A DNA stretch of 56,575 bases, filler included, from Dugesia japonica (taxonomy: Eukaryota): assembly GCA_001938525.1 (NCBI GenBank). It is 5 parts of 5 records of this genome, joined end to end, with 100 filler letters (N's around TTAATTAATTAA, not from the genome) between each part and the next. Parts side by side here need not be neighbours in the genome. Positions count along the whole stretch, not along the records: positions 25,941 to 37,693 come from MQRL01580205.1; positions 37,794 to 48,367 come from MQRL01633637.1; 3 more parts are not named here. The stretch is one strand, 5' to 3'. Position numbers and translations under genes: made by a program. Below, piece by piece: positions 28,271 through 41,028 of this stretch (its first letter is position 1; every line of letters begins with the position of its first letter). The notes under the pieces are model-generated. The model had not been told where the DNA came from. It saw only the letters and a program-made list of their open reading frames with translations, and made no database searches.

Positions 28271-29592
28271 TCAACAGTTTCCTGTTTTATTTTTAATTTT
28301 CATAAATTTTTGAAATTTTCAGAACAAAGTTAACTTGAAAATATTTGTGAAGAATTTTTGAAACAATTAATGTATATTGTTGATAGATTTAATGAATATC
28401 GAATTGTATATGTTACGATAAATATGTGTATCTAACTGTTTAGTTTGACATGAAATTGTCAATTTTACAATACGTGAAGTTTTAGACAATTAAAAAGTAA
28501 ATTTTATGCACTATATTTAGTGAAACCAAATGAGAATTCTATTATCTTTTTTTATAAACACTTTCTCATATTAACTGCATCAGCAGCTCTAATAAATCTA
28601 CAAATATGAATTAGAGTTTATAAATAGATTTATTTATTAGTAATTAATATTGGTTATCTGTTAAATCAGACATCAATNNNNNNNNNNNNNNNNNNGCACT
28701 TGAGATATTTTTTTCCTTCCTTGAGACAATGTTTTTAATAGTTTCAAAATCAAGATTTTTTTTCTAATTAATTTTTTATTCATTTATTTTTTTAAAAATC
28801 GGCTATATTGAATTGAAAACATGAAGAGTTTTGTTCATGAATAATTTTTGTTTTAATATCAAATATTGTCTTTCTCAATGTACTCTTGACCCTCTTCGTA
28901 AATTCATATAATGTCTAATGTAATCATGTACAACCTTTTCGACTTATAATTAATTCTGGACCAGAAATTATTCGTTGATTCCAGTAATGTTAAATCGGCT
29001 CTTATGATTTCCTTTGACTCTAAACACGAAAGCTTTTTTTGCTAGAGATATAGATCATGTACCAGGAAGATGGAAACAATTTATAGGAGACAATTCAAAT
29101 TATATTTTGGGTTAGATACAAATCTTTGTTTAAAATTTTTTATTTCCATTTTTGCTTGAAAATCAGCAAGAACTTTCTGTTCAATTTAATATATTTTTGC
29201 TCTTTGAATTTGGTTTTATTAACCATGATGGATTCTATTAATTTACGTAGTAATATTGTAAGAAATTCTTTTCCTAGATTAGTTCTATTTTGATTACTGA
29301 AGTCTTTTCAAATAAGTTAATTATTCCCATTTTAATATGCGTTAATCATTTACATTTCAATCTTATCCAAAATAGAACCATGATACATAATATGTATGTG
29401 GCTCGCAATTTTAATTATTTTTGTTGTAAAAATAATAACTTCTATTTTAAAACTAACAATTTCTTAAGTTAGAATTAACCTTAAAAATGAAAAGTATAAA
29501 ATGTATTGTTTGTCTAAAAGGAAATCGAGTAATTTAACTATAGAATCCATAAAATGAATATTTTAAATCTATAATGATTGCAGTGTATGAAC

Positions 29593-29656
29593 CAGGCGCG
29601 CACCTAGGGGGATCACGGGCTTGAGCCCTCCAACGAAAAACCTGGGTGCGCGTCTG
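29593..29656. mobile_element. 64-bp hAT-type MITE with 8-bp TSD
   Basis: TIRs caggcgcgcacctagg / cctgggtgcgcgtctg flanked by perfect GTATGAAC duplication (29585-29592 and 29657-29664). Confidence 0.85.
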
Positions 29657-29992
29657 GTATGAACAGTATCTTTGTTTTTGTATCTTTTTGCAAAATGTGA
29701 TCAGCCAATTTGTAAATATTCTTTTAATAATTGCAAATAAATAATTTTGTATCGATTTGAATGAAAAATAAAAGATTTCAATTTAGCCTCTGATTTTTCT
29801 CAATATTGGAAGCAGGCTGTTTTTCTAAAATTTAAATGGTTAAATTTAAATTAAATAATAAGTTAAAAATCAATATATTATAAATGTAAAAAATGAATAG
29901 ATTTTTGACTATTGGTATATTGTTGATTTTGTAACTATTATTATTATTAATTTTTTAAAATTAAATTAAAAGTAATATTTTGCATAAATCAG

Positions 29993-30270
29993 GTCATCGA
30001 ATACAGCGAAATTTCAATGGAAACAGCAACAATGCGTGACATAAAAAATAATAAATTGGTGTACAGGTGTGGCAGTATTTGCACTCATTTGTTCAGTGTT
30101 GATTTTCTCTCTCAAATTTGCCAAAGCAATATAAATAATTTGTTAGTGCAGCACATTGCGATTAAAAAAGTGCCTTTTATCAATGTGGAAACTGGAATAT
30201 TAGAAATTCCCGAAAAAGATAATGCTATAAAAATGGAAAAGTTCGTATTCGATGTATTTCCTCTTGCAAA
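29993..30270 (+). CDS. UAP1: UAP1 internal exon
   Basis: ag|VIEYSEIS...GSICTHLFS...HIAIKKVPF...NAIKMEKFVFDVFP|gt; phases match neighbouring exons. Confidence 0.92.
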
Positions 30271-30689
30271 GTAATACTACATTTTATTTTATTTTATAAA
30301 CCAGTAATAGTTATTGTTAGATTAGTCTGTAACACTCATGTTTGCATTTAAAAATCAACACTTCATTTTCAAAATTTCTTTCAAAACAAGACTGATAAAA
30401 ACAACATATAAATTTGTCTTTTAAAACAAATTTTATAACTGAAACTGAAAATAAAAAATATTTTTAAATGAAATTTTAAAATACGATAACAATATGTTTT
30501 AAAGAAAATTAAATCTATAACAGAAATTTAATAATTTCAAACATATATATTATTGACGACTTCCGAATTATAACTTTTAAATATACACTGTAAATTACAA
30601 ATTTTTAAATTTATTTACAATTTCTAAATTTAAATATTCCTTTTCTTGAGACGTTTGATTACATAAAAGTTAAAGAATAATGGCAATCA

Positions 30690-31335
30690 TTTTATAAATA
30701 ACTTAACATGCCATTTAATTAAATATTTATTTATTACAAGTTTAGACAGTTTATCTGTCATCTTCAGACAAACTGTTTAAAACTAATAATATAGTATTTA
30801 TATTAAAGTTCCGAATTATGTAATCGATTATGTAACAGTATCAATAAAATTTCAATTAATTAAAGGCGTTCAATAAAGATTTAGAAACATTAGATCTAAT
30901 TAGATCCATTAATTTTTGGATCATATGATCCAATCATCAATACTTCGTACATGATTCTTTCACAATAATCTTTAAAATTACTGCACAAAATATTGAAATA
31001 ATATTTATAACTGATTTTCACCGAATATTATCATGTTCTGCAATATTACTGCGACTACCTAACCATCTATGTTCCTGAATTCTTGTACAGAGATGACGGG
31101 GGAACTCTCTCCAATGTATGTAGCATTACATTCATATTTTTAAATAAGATTAGAAACCAATAATTTTAGGAGTCTTAGACTTATTACATAACCGATTGCA
31201 CAATGTGGAACTTTAGTATANNNNNNNNNNNNNNNNNNNNNNNNNNNNNNNNNNNNNNNNNNNNNNNNNNACAGATATATTGTCGAAACTTGTAATAAAT
31301 AAATATTTAATTAAATGACGTATTAAGTTATTATT
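30690..31335 (-). mobile_element. truncated Penelope-like element with inverted pLTR-like ends
   Basis: Internal minus-strand remnant LI*KYECNATYIGES / RHLCTRIQEH; ~30695-30830 is inverted relative to ~31190-31335 and carries CTGAAGA-T-GACAG..CTGTC-(G)AAA hammerhead-like cores. Confidence 0.7.
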
Positions 31336-31840
31336 AATATGAAATTTTACGTATGAAAATTATAGACTAGTTATAAACTATCAATTCTAAATTTTAAAAT
31401 TTACTACAAATTATTAATTTAAAATGTAGTTTATTAAACATTTAATTACATAAAATTTTATGTTTATTTCACAAATTTCTTTTATGATTTAATTAAAAAT
31501 ATTTAACAAAATAATTTTAATAAATTCCGTCTCAATATAGAAGGTTTTTTTTTGATCAATACATTTATAAAATCAGTATTGTGGATCATATAAAAAATAT
31601 TAACACAATGAAAAATTGCAATTATTACAAGATGTAACCATTTATCGTTTTTCAGAATTCATTAAAATAAAAGCTTCGATCAAATTTTGTTTATGATAAT
31701 AATTCTAATTTTCAACTTTGTCTTCGTCAGGAATTGTTTTTTTTTTGTCAATTCCTATTATTCTTGCAATAATTCTTGTAATTATAAACCTATTCAATTC
31801 ATTTGTGGCAATATTTCAATAATTTTCTATTCATTTCCAG

Positions 31841-32060
31841 AACCTTTGCTATTTGGGAAGTAGAAAGAAATAGAGAATTTTCTGCTTTAAAAAATGCTCC
31901 TGGGAGCCAATCAGATTGTCCAGAAACGGCGAAAAATGATCTCCTTGCATATCATCGTCAATTGATTCTTGATAATATTGATGATGATGATTCAAATCTA
32001 AAAGAAAAAGTTAATAAAACTATTATAGAATTATCCCCATTACTAACCTACAGTGGAGAA
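31841..32060 (+). CDS. UAP1: UAP1 penultimate exon
   Basis: ag|TFAIWEVERNREFSALKNA...DCPETA...ELSPLLTYSGE|gt. Confidence 0.92.
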
Positions 32061-32109
32061 GTAAATTGTTTTGTTACTTTATCGGTAAATATTAAATTGA
32101 TTCATCTAG

Positions 32110-32193
32110 AATATGGAAAATATATCAGTTCTAATTAAAAATTCTGGTGACGAATCTATTGTTCAGTTGGAGAGTAAACAAGTTGGCAAATAA
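32110..32193 (+). CDS. UAP1: UAP1 terminal exon
   Basis: After a 49-nt gt..ag intron, the frame reads NMENISVLIKNSGDESIVQLESKQVGK-stop. Confidence 0.7.
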   Translation, partial: NMENISVLIKNSGDESIVQLESKQVGK

Positions 32194-33156
32194 AATTTAT
32201 TGTTGGTGCTTTCAAATTTATTTGGAAAATGGAATTATTAAATATTTTTCTGTGATATAATTTTGTTTATTTTCATTACAAAAAAATGTATCAAAATTAT
32301 TTTTAATGTGCTGCAATCAATCAATCAATCAATCGGTTTAGAGTTAATTATCAGTTGAATGAATGCAATCATCTTTGTTTAATAAAATTTATTTTCATGT
32401 TTTCTTTTTTACTTTTTATTGATTTTTAACAATTTTTTTTTATTGATTAAAAATATTTTAATCAATTATATATCATTTATAAATTGATTTAAGATTTTTT
32501 TAGCATTTTAAATGGGTGAAAGAGTGAAATGAAAANNNNNNNNNNNNNNNNNNNNNNNNNNNNNNNNNNNNNNNNNNNNNNNNNNNNNNNNNNNNNNNNN
32601 NNNNNNNNNNNNNNNNNNNNNNNNNNNNNNNNNNNNNNNNNNNNNNNNNNNNNNNNNNNNNNNNNNNNNNNNNNNNNNNNNNNNNNNNNNNNNNNNNNNN
32701 NNNNNNNNNNNNNNNNNNNNNNNNNNNNNNNNNNNNNNNGTCTCAGTAAAATTTTTCCTAAATATTTTAACCTTGTTATAAGAATACTCAATTCCAGGAC
32801 GTTTTGTTCGGTTACCGATTAATCGATACCAGCTGTCACAATCTTCACGATTTATTTGCATTATCAATAATATTTTATAATCAGTATCAGTAGAACCTAA
32901 ATTATTTCTTACTATCGTTATGATTTAGGAAAATAATTCAGCACTTTTCTACAATAACCGCTCTTATTTCATTGGTTAAGTGGATCTTTGATTTGAGGTT
33001 GCTTGTGAATTACTTTAAAAAAAGATAAAATCAACAACAAAATTTAATTAAAAATGATGATCATGTAATGGCAAAGCACAATTCCTTCTAATTAATCGAT
33101 ACTAACTATCACAATCTTCACTATTTATTACATTACCAATAATATTATTTAAATCA

Positions 33157-34357
33157 GGTGGCCGAACAAAATGGTACAGAAAAAAAAGTATGAGGACAAA
33201 AGCATTTCAACTTTGAACCATATACGATTTTTAAAATGCTGTTTTTTTAATATCTGAAAGAACCGAACAAGTATATCAAAAATTCTCAATTGGAACCACT
33301 TTCAATTGCAATTGATTTTGAATTGGCAGCAATTTATTCCACAACATATTGAAATAGATGTCTTCGAAATTCTCACTTCAGATCCAGCATACAGAGAAAT
33401 TGAAGTAATATGTGATGATATTGAGGACAACTTTATTGGAAGACAAACTAGAGAAGAAGAGATCCGCTAAGATTTTCGATTCAGATGTGGAGTCAATATT
33501 CCAAAGTTATTGATAATCTGCCTCGCGGCAAAAATGCACTTAAGGGTTGGCATAATATATTCAACTTCCGGAAAGAAAAATAAAATCTACAATTGTATAA
33601 ACAAAGTACTTCGCAGTATGGTACTTGATTACAACAATCGTGATCATATCACATATTTGGGAGATATTGCACGAGTGATGAACATAAATGTTGTGTGATA
33701 TGACTGCTACAACAATGCACAAACTTTTCACTTTATTGGTGTTAGGTAATTTTAAAAATTCGTAAATATTTTTAAAATTTAATTCATAAATTAAATGACG
33801 TAAACATAAATTAAATTCATAAAAATTTAATTAATAATGTTTTTATTAAATCAATATTTATTAGTTAAAAGNNNNNNNNNNNNNNNNNNNNNNNNNNNNN
33901 NNNNNNNNNNNNNNNNNNNNNNNNNNNNNNNNNNNNNNNNNNNNNNNNNNNNNNNNNNNNNNNNNNNNNNNNNNNNNNNNNNNNNNNNNNNNNNNNNNNN
34001 NNNNCAAGTTTTGAAAGAAGCGTTCAAAAAGAAAGAAGAATTTCAAAGAATTAATTGTAATTGAAATAAAGTATTGAACTAAAAGTCTTGTTTTAGTTGA
34101 TTTAAATGAAGAAGAAAACAAATAAAACTAGCAATTGTAATCGATTTTTTGTTTGACAGTTTAATTTACTAAAGTATTCAAAACTNATTTAAACTTTAAA
34201 TTGCGCTATAAACTATATTATTTAAAATCACATGTATGTACCAATTCTTGCTAAAAAATCTTAAAAGCAAATTAAAAGAATAAATTTTGCCAATACCATT
34301 TTTCCTCATACCACTTTGTCCGTACCTATTTGTTCGATGCCATTTTGTCCTAGAACG
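33157..34357 (+). mobile_element. internally deleted MULE with 9-bp TSD
   Basis: TSD tttaaatca at 33148-33156 and 34358-34366; imperfect TIRs built of acaaaatgg repeats; remnants IDFELAAI and DDIEDNFIGR. Confidence 0.8.
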
Positions 34358-34599
34358 TTTAAATCATTATCAGTAGAAACTAAATTATTTTTTACTATTG
34401 TCTTCTATTTGGAAAAAGAATCAAATCGTTTTATACAATAAGTGCACTCGTTTTATTGGTTAAATGGGATCTTTGATTTGAAGTTGTTTGTTTGTTAATT
34501 ATTCATATGTAATAAATTTTTAAAAACGATAGAATTTGAAATCACCAATTTATATTTTGATTGAAGTAGAAATATCTGTTTTAAATAAATATACAATGT

Positions 34600-35400
34600 A
34601 AACTGTTTAAAGTAAATATATTTTCTGTAGATAAGTTTCAAACAATTAAGCCTATAGTAAGAGAACATCTACATTGGAAAATAATTGAACATGGTGGAAT
34701 AAATTATTTAAACATATTTTATTATGAGGATGAAAACACAAGTGAAATTCATTATGTATGGCGCACTAATGTAAGTAATTTTGTAAATAATGGTCAACAT
34801 AAAGCATTCCCATATTTAAATTTAATTTCACAAATCTCACAATAAAGATTAGGTAGACATTGGCCATAACTTTTAAAAAATGGTCCATTGAAAATTATTT
34901 TTCCAAAAGATGATTATTTAGAATTTTATAAATTTAGTTTTAAAAACAAAGTACCTGTAGTTTTTGTGGCGAATTTGGAGGCATATAATGATAATGTTTC
35001 AAATAATCCTCTTGAAGTAAATCAACAAGAAAAGTCACAAAACAAACAGTAGGTTTTCAAAAGCCATTATGTTTCAGATTATATAATTATGAGTATTTTN
35101 NNNNNNNNNNNNNNNNNNNNNNNNNNNNNNNNNNNNNNNNNNNNNNNNNNNNNNNNNNNNNNNNNNNNNNNNNNNNNNNNNAATAGATTGTCAGAGATTC
35201 TTAAAACAAATAATGCATTTATTATGGAATTAGTTCCTCCATTAACAGAAGAAAAGAGAATGTTACTGTTGTAAACAAGAATTCAAATCTCATAAATTAG
35301 TAAGGGATCATGAAATTTGGATGATNGTCTTCTAATGAATGTAATTTTAAAGCAATAAACAGTTTTGTTCCATTATACTTTTACAATAGAAGTAAGTATA
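34600..35400 (+). pseudogene. second, heavily decayed Polinton-type pPolB N-terminal fragment
   Basis: EIHYVWRTNVSNF, IIFPKDDYLEFYKFSFKNKVPVVFVANLEAY, KLVRDH, NECN, FVPLYFYNRSKY run parallel to HYFLCRD, KIPFVLIGDFEAY, VKDH, NKCN, IPFYFHNASGY of the 44-47 kb pPolB. Confidence 0.7.
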
Positions 35401-36559
35401 GAAAGAAATATGAAAAATACATTGAAGCAAAGAGAAAAGAAATAGAAGAAAGAATTAATAGAATAAAATTGCGAGCTGTACCGCAGGTGACAACTGCACT
35501 CACGGGTCAGTGTGAGATCGCTGAGGAACTGTTAAATTGTGTTGTATTGTTTTAATAGATGTTATATTTTGAAATCATTTATTTGTTTAGTTCATGTTTC
35601 TCACAAAACTATTTCAAAGTGAAATAAAAACGTTACGAAAAAAATATTTAACAAAAACTGATGAAGAATAATCTCATTTTAAATTGGATATATTAGGATG
35701 TTAACTACTTACAGATTACTTCTTAATTCATGGCAACAATTAAATGAAATTTTAAAAACAGGACAATGTAAAATACTAGAGAAATATAATTTATCAACTA
35801 CAGAAAAACCAATGAAATGAATGTACCTTTATGAATATTGTTAGATGAGTTTGAAGTCCTCGTTGGATAATTAATGTCCAAACTCGTTTCCATAAAAGAT
35901 TTATTCACAAAACAAAACTATAAATATAAATTTGCTTTTTTCAAACAAATTTANNNNNNNNNNNNNNNNNNNNNNNNNNNNNNNNNNNNNNNNNNNNNNN
36001 NNNNNNNNNNNNNNNNNNNNNNNNNNNNNNNNNNNNNNNNNNNNNNNNNNNNNNNNNNNNNNNNNNNNNNNNNNNNNNNNNNNNNNNNNNNNNNNNNNNN
36101 NNNNNNNNNNNNNNNNNNNNNNNNNNNNNNNNNNNNNNNNNNNNNNNGTAAAATTTTAAAAATAAAGTAAAAAAATATATTTTATTGACAATCAGAAATT
36201 TGATAATTTTAAAAAATTTTAACAAAATTTCAAAAATTTTAATACACATTGTAAATCAAAATTTTATATGCAACGCAAATTATAAATTTCACATTCCTTA
36301 GTTGTATAAAATTAAATTTTAAAAATTTTTTTTATAAATTATTTTTATTATACAAATATAAATATTCTAAAAATAAATCAAATCTGCTTTCAAAAACTAT
36401 CTTACAAATATATTTTTAGGAAGAAGGAAGAAACATTTGAAAGAATTAATAATATCGGCTAGTTGAATAATTCCATAGAGCTTTTTAAAAATTTTATTGC
36501 GAACTTTGACAATAAGTAAATCAGTGAAATTTTTATTAAAAATTATAACACTTTAACAA

Positions 36560-37450
36560 ATTAATCAGTTATGTATTCCCAGTCGTTTTCTACAAACTTC
36601 TTTCACATGTTGACCAACTTGTTTATTCCATTTATCTAAAACTCCTATGGTGTGAACTCGAAAAAATTGGTAAGCCACTTTTTGAGATTCTTATCGTTGT
36701 CGAGAGTTACTCTGTTCATGTTGTTGAACAGCGAGCGAAAAAGATAAAAGTCGGTTGTAGCAAGAGTACGCTGGATGCCAGTGAATCTATTAGCCGAGCT
36801 CTTGAAGAGTTTCTTTAACGATTTTTGTCGTGTGAGGTCTCGAATTATCATGGATCAAGATTACTTGGCCTTGTTGACTGGGTCTTTTTTTGGATACCAT
36901 CCTTCATATTGTCAGTTGGGCTAAGTAAATGTTCTTGTCAATTTTCTTGTTTTTTTCAGGCATTTTTCAGTATTTGAGACCCACATAATCCCACCAAACA
37001 CAGAGCATTGTTTTTTATGCAGATTTTGCTTTGCTCTGAGCTTTGGCGTTTTCCCTGCAAGCACCCATTCTTTTCTTTGACTCATTTTTACATGGAAAAT
37101 TTAGTTTTCATTCCCCGTGACGATTCTTTACAGGAAATATTCTTTGTAGCCTTGCGTTGATTGATGGCTAGTGAAATGTTGAGTTGTGAGNNNNNNNNNN
37201 NNNNNNNNNNNNNNNNNNNNNNNNNNNNNNNNNNNNNNNNNNNNNNNNNNNNNNNNNNNNNNNNNNAATTGAAGATGTTCAGAGATTTTTGCAAAGTTGC
37301 AGTTCATTTTTTAGCCAACTCTTGGCATGTTTAATGGCCGTTCTCCTCCAAAAGTGCTTTGAGACGCTCTTCATCAAACTCAGAATTTCGACCAATTGTG
37401 GGTATATTTTTGATGTTGAAGTTGTAATTTCTGAATTTGACATATCATTT
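36560..37450 (-). mobile_element. decayed mariner transposase
   Basis: LATTDFYLFRSLFNNM...LKKWLTNFF...NGINKL (YSPDL-D..LFRSL region) with upstream remnants. Confidence 0.75.
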
Positions 37451-37469
37451 CTGAACAGTTGATTTTGCG

Positions 37470-37625
37470 GTAACTATGTAAATAATACACTTCATAACCA
37501 TATAATGCATGGTTGCTATATAAATAATATACTCATTAACCCTATAATACAGGGTTACTATGTAAATAATGCATGGTTGCTATGTAATTAATATACTCAT
37601 AAACCCTATACTCATTAATTCTATA
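37470..37625. repeat. short imperfect tandem repeat
   Basis: Recurring taatgcatggttgctat / tatactcat..accctata units. Confidence 0.6.
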
Positions 37626-37693
37626 CAATCATAAAAATATTTTCTTATAAGTTTTTATATAGACTTATTAGTTATATATGGAAAGGTTCCATG

Positions 37694-37793
37694 NNNNNNN
37701 NNNNNNNNNNNNNNNNNNNNNNNNNNNNNNNNNNNNNTTAATTAATTAANNNNNNNNNNNNNNNNNNNNNNNNNNNNNNNNNNNNNNNNNNNN
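37694..37793. other. artificial assembly spacer
   Basis: 44N-TTAATTAATTAA-44N. Confidence 0.93.
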
Positions 37794-38348
37794 AAAATAT
37801 TTTGGTCTTATTTTTTTTCCATCTTTTATTAATCTTCTTATTGTATCTTTTTCATTTCTACCAATTGATAAAGGTAATATTAATTGACCATTAACCATTT
37901 GACTATTTGGCATATCAACAATATTTCCACTATCCATTTGAATAATTCGTGTTGCATTTGGATGAAGTTTTAAATTAAATTTTGGTGGATAAAATTCTTC
38001 TAATTGTGGTAATGGTTTAAATGTATTTCTTTTTAATAATTTTAAATTTTCTGGGTTATTAATAATTACTAAATTCTCTGGTGTTTCAATGTTAAATGTT
38101 TCACTTTCAGTTTCAAATTGTCCGGAAGCCAGCGAAGCGCATTCAGAACTTTCACTTTCACTTCCTTCTTGATCATTTCTCATTTCTATATATTCTGATT
38201 CTGAAAATTGGGATTCACTTTCACTTTCACTTTCTGAATTAATTAAATTATCAAGTGTTGTTATTAAACTTTTTAATTCTTTTTTCATCTTCTCACTAGA
38301 TTTTATTTTAGGTAATACATCTTCAATTTTACTTGTTACATCTTCCAT
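37794..38348 (-). CDS. Polinton hypothetical protein with Ser/Glu-rich linker (truncated by spacer)
   Basis: Open ~185 codons, co-oriented with the element; no recognised family. Confidence 0.55.
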
Positions 38349-38454
38349 TGCTTTGCTATTTCTTAAGTATATAATTTGAGACTCGTGTGTGTCAGATTTT
38401 AGATTTTATATTTTAGATTTTATATAAAACATGTAACATGAAACATCCGACATC

Positions 38455-39045
38455 TTATTGCATTCTTAGCTTCGCTCTCATTTCATTTATAACTTTAGTT
38501 TGATTTTCTAATATTATTTTTAAATTTTCATCTTTTACTTTTTTATGTCCAGATATTAATTCATGAACTTCATTCACCATATTTTTACTTATAAGTAATT
38601 CATCATCAGTTAGTATTTCATCATTAAGTGCTTTTTGCTGAAATGAGAATAATTTATTTTTAACACATTCTAGTTTATTTATTAACTTTTCATATTTATC
38701 TTTTCTTGAATTAATTAATGATGAATTTAATGTGCCAATAACTGGTAAAATGGAAATTGCACCAGTAATTAATGGTTTACCAATTGTTGTAAGTGCAAAT
38801 CCAATTGGAGTAATTAATATAACACCACCAATTCCAATTATAACACCAACACATATTTGTGTATAATTTATAGCCAAATCTATTCTGATCCATCTTTTAT
38901 AGATTTTCTTATAATGTTTAATTTTATCTTTAATATAATAAAGATCATTTTCAAAATCTTTTACTCTAGATAATGCAAGTTTATTTTTTAAATCTAAAAT
39001 TGTGTAATCTTCATGTAGGCTAGTATATAACTTTTCTGTGTCCAT
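38455..39045 (-). CDS. Polinton-associated predicted membrane protein
   Basis: Intact 196-aa ORF with Gly-rich hydrophobic hairpin and KALNDEILTDDEL, like the KALxDxxIxDxEF motif I recall from invertebrate Polinton ORFs. Confidence 0.65.
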   Translation of the reverse strand: MDTEKLYTSLHEDYTILDLKNKLALSRVKDFENDLYYIKDKIKHYKKIYKRWIRIDLAINYTQICVGVIIGIGGVILITPIGFALTTIGKPLITGAISILPVIGTLNSSLINSRKDKYEKLINKLECVKNKLFSFQQKALNDEILTDDELLISKNMVNEVHELISGHKKVKDENLKIILENQTKVINEMRAKLRMQ

Positions 39046-39050
39046 TTTCT

Positions 39051-41028
39051 TTATGATAAAGTTAAATACTTTAAATTTATTCCTTCTGGTAAAACTATTT
39101 CAATATAATTAATAACGGTTTCACTGCTTTCTTTAAAAATAATAATAGTTTTATTAGAATGTGTAAATGTTTTTATCTTAACATTAATTTTAATGACATA
39201 TGTAAAATTTTCAATTTTAGAATAACCATTAATATTTATTTTTACTTTTCTATTAATGTTTATGTGTAAACTAATCTGATAAACATTTCTCTTTTCTTTT
39301 AAAATCAAAATCATGAACATATTTTTCTAAAATACTAAAATGTGGAAGATTATCTTTTACTTCTTTAATTGAAAATAGTAAATGTGGATTTGAATAATAA
39401 GGNNNNNNNNNNNNNNNNNNNNNNNNNNNNNNNNNNNNNNNNNNNNNNNNNNNNNNNNNNNNNNNNNNNNNNNNNNNNNNNNNNNNNNNNNNNNNNNNNN
39501 NNNNNNNNNNNNNNNNNNNNNNNNNNNNNNNNNNNNNNNNNNNNNNNNNNNNNNNNNNNNGTAAAATTATTAGAATAAAGTTAATATTAAGATCTTGATT
39601 AACTACACTACTTTCAACATTAATATTAATATCATAACCATCTTTTAATCTAACATATAAAAATGATACTGCAATTTTATTAATTTTAGTGACATATGCA
39701 AATTTTTCCATTTGTCCACATTCACCTTTAATATTTATAACTATTCTTCCAATAACTTTAGTATGTAAAGTAATATTTAAAATTTTTCCATTCTTTTTGA
39801 TAAAATTAAAATCATGAACATATTTTTCTAAAAAAAAAAATATTGATCTTTAATTGAAAATATTACATTTGGGTTTATATAATAAGGTAGGTAATTAACA
39901 AAAATTTCTTTTATAGCTTGAATATTTGAAGTTTTAAAAAAAAACATTAATTTTATCAATATAAATTTTATGGAGTTTTGGTTTAAATATTTTAAACATT
40001 TTCTTAAAATATTCAAGCATTTCTAATCTATATAAACTAACACTTAATTCACTTATATAAATTTCTTTTGGTAAAATTATTTCAATATAATTAATAATGG
40101 TTTCAGTGCTTTCATAAAAAATTTTAATACTATCATCTTTAGGTTTATATAAAAATGATTGTGAAATATTATTTATTTTAATGATGTATGTAAATGTTTC
40201 AATTTTAATAGAACCAAATATATATATACTAATTTTTTCTTTTATTTTTGTATGTCAAGATATTTCTTTACCTTTTCTTTTAAAATTAAAATCATTAACA
40301 CATTTATCGATAAAAGAATAATAACGGGAGTAATTAAAATTATCTCATAAGTACTAACTGTAAAATCATAATTTAAGAAATTATCAAGTATTTCTTTTAA
40401 GTTTTGAAGTGATGAATCTGTAAGTGTTTCTTTATAAGTTTTAAATAAAACATCAATTTTATCACTATATATTTTATGTTGTTTTGATTTTACTATTTTA
40501 ATTTCTTCAGTTAATTTTAAAATTTTTGGTCTAAAATTTTCTATAAGGGATTTAATATTATTAATAAGATTCATATGCTGATCAAATGTTTTCTTATCTA
40601 AATCATCATCTAATTTATTAATTTTAACATTTAAAATGTCAATGTCTTTTTTAATTTTACGTATATCACCATAGTCTAATTTTTTTAAATGAATTAATTA
40701 ATCACTTCTTTTATATGGAAAAGGTTCTTTTTATTTTATATTTATTTTTTTTATTTTATATTTAATTTATTTTATCAAATGTTTCTTTATTACAGTATTT
40801 AATTAAGATATTATCCATCTTTAATTTAAGTAGTTTAATATATTTTAAATTAACTGCATCAATTAAAGCTTTAGGTTCTTCTGTTATTTTTAAAGATGTT
40901 ATTGTGTCACTTGTCTTATTTACAAATTTATTTTCATTGTATGCATCTGACATTTTAAGCTTAGCATCAACACTTTTTAATACTTGTGTAGTATTTAGAT
41001 TTAATATATTTTCACCAAACTTATTCAT
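39051..41028 (-). pseudogene. fragmented fibre/receptor-binding-like protein with three tandem C-terminal domains
   Basis: MNKFG start, KFVNKTSDT..PKALIDAVNLKYI motif, coiled-coil segment, then three ~480-500-bp paralogous units. Confidence 0.5.
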
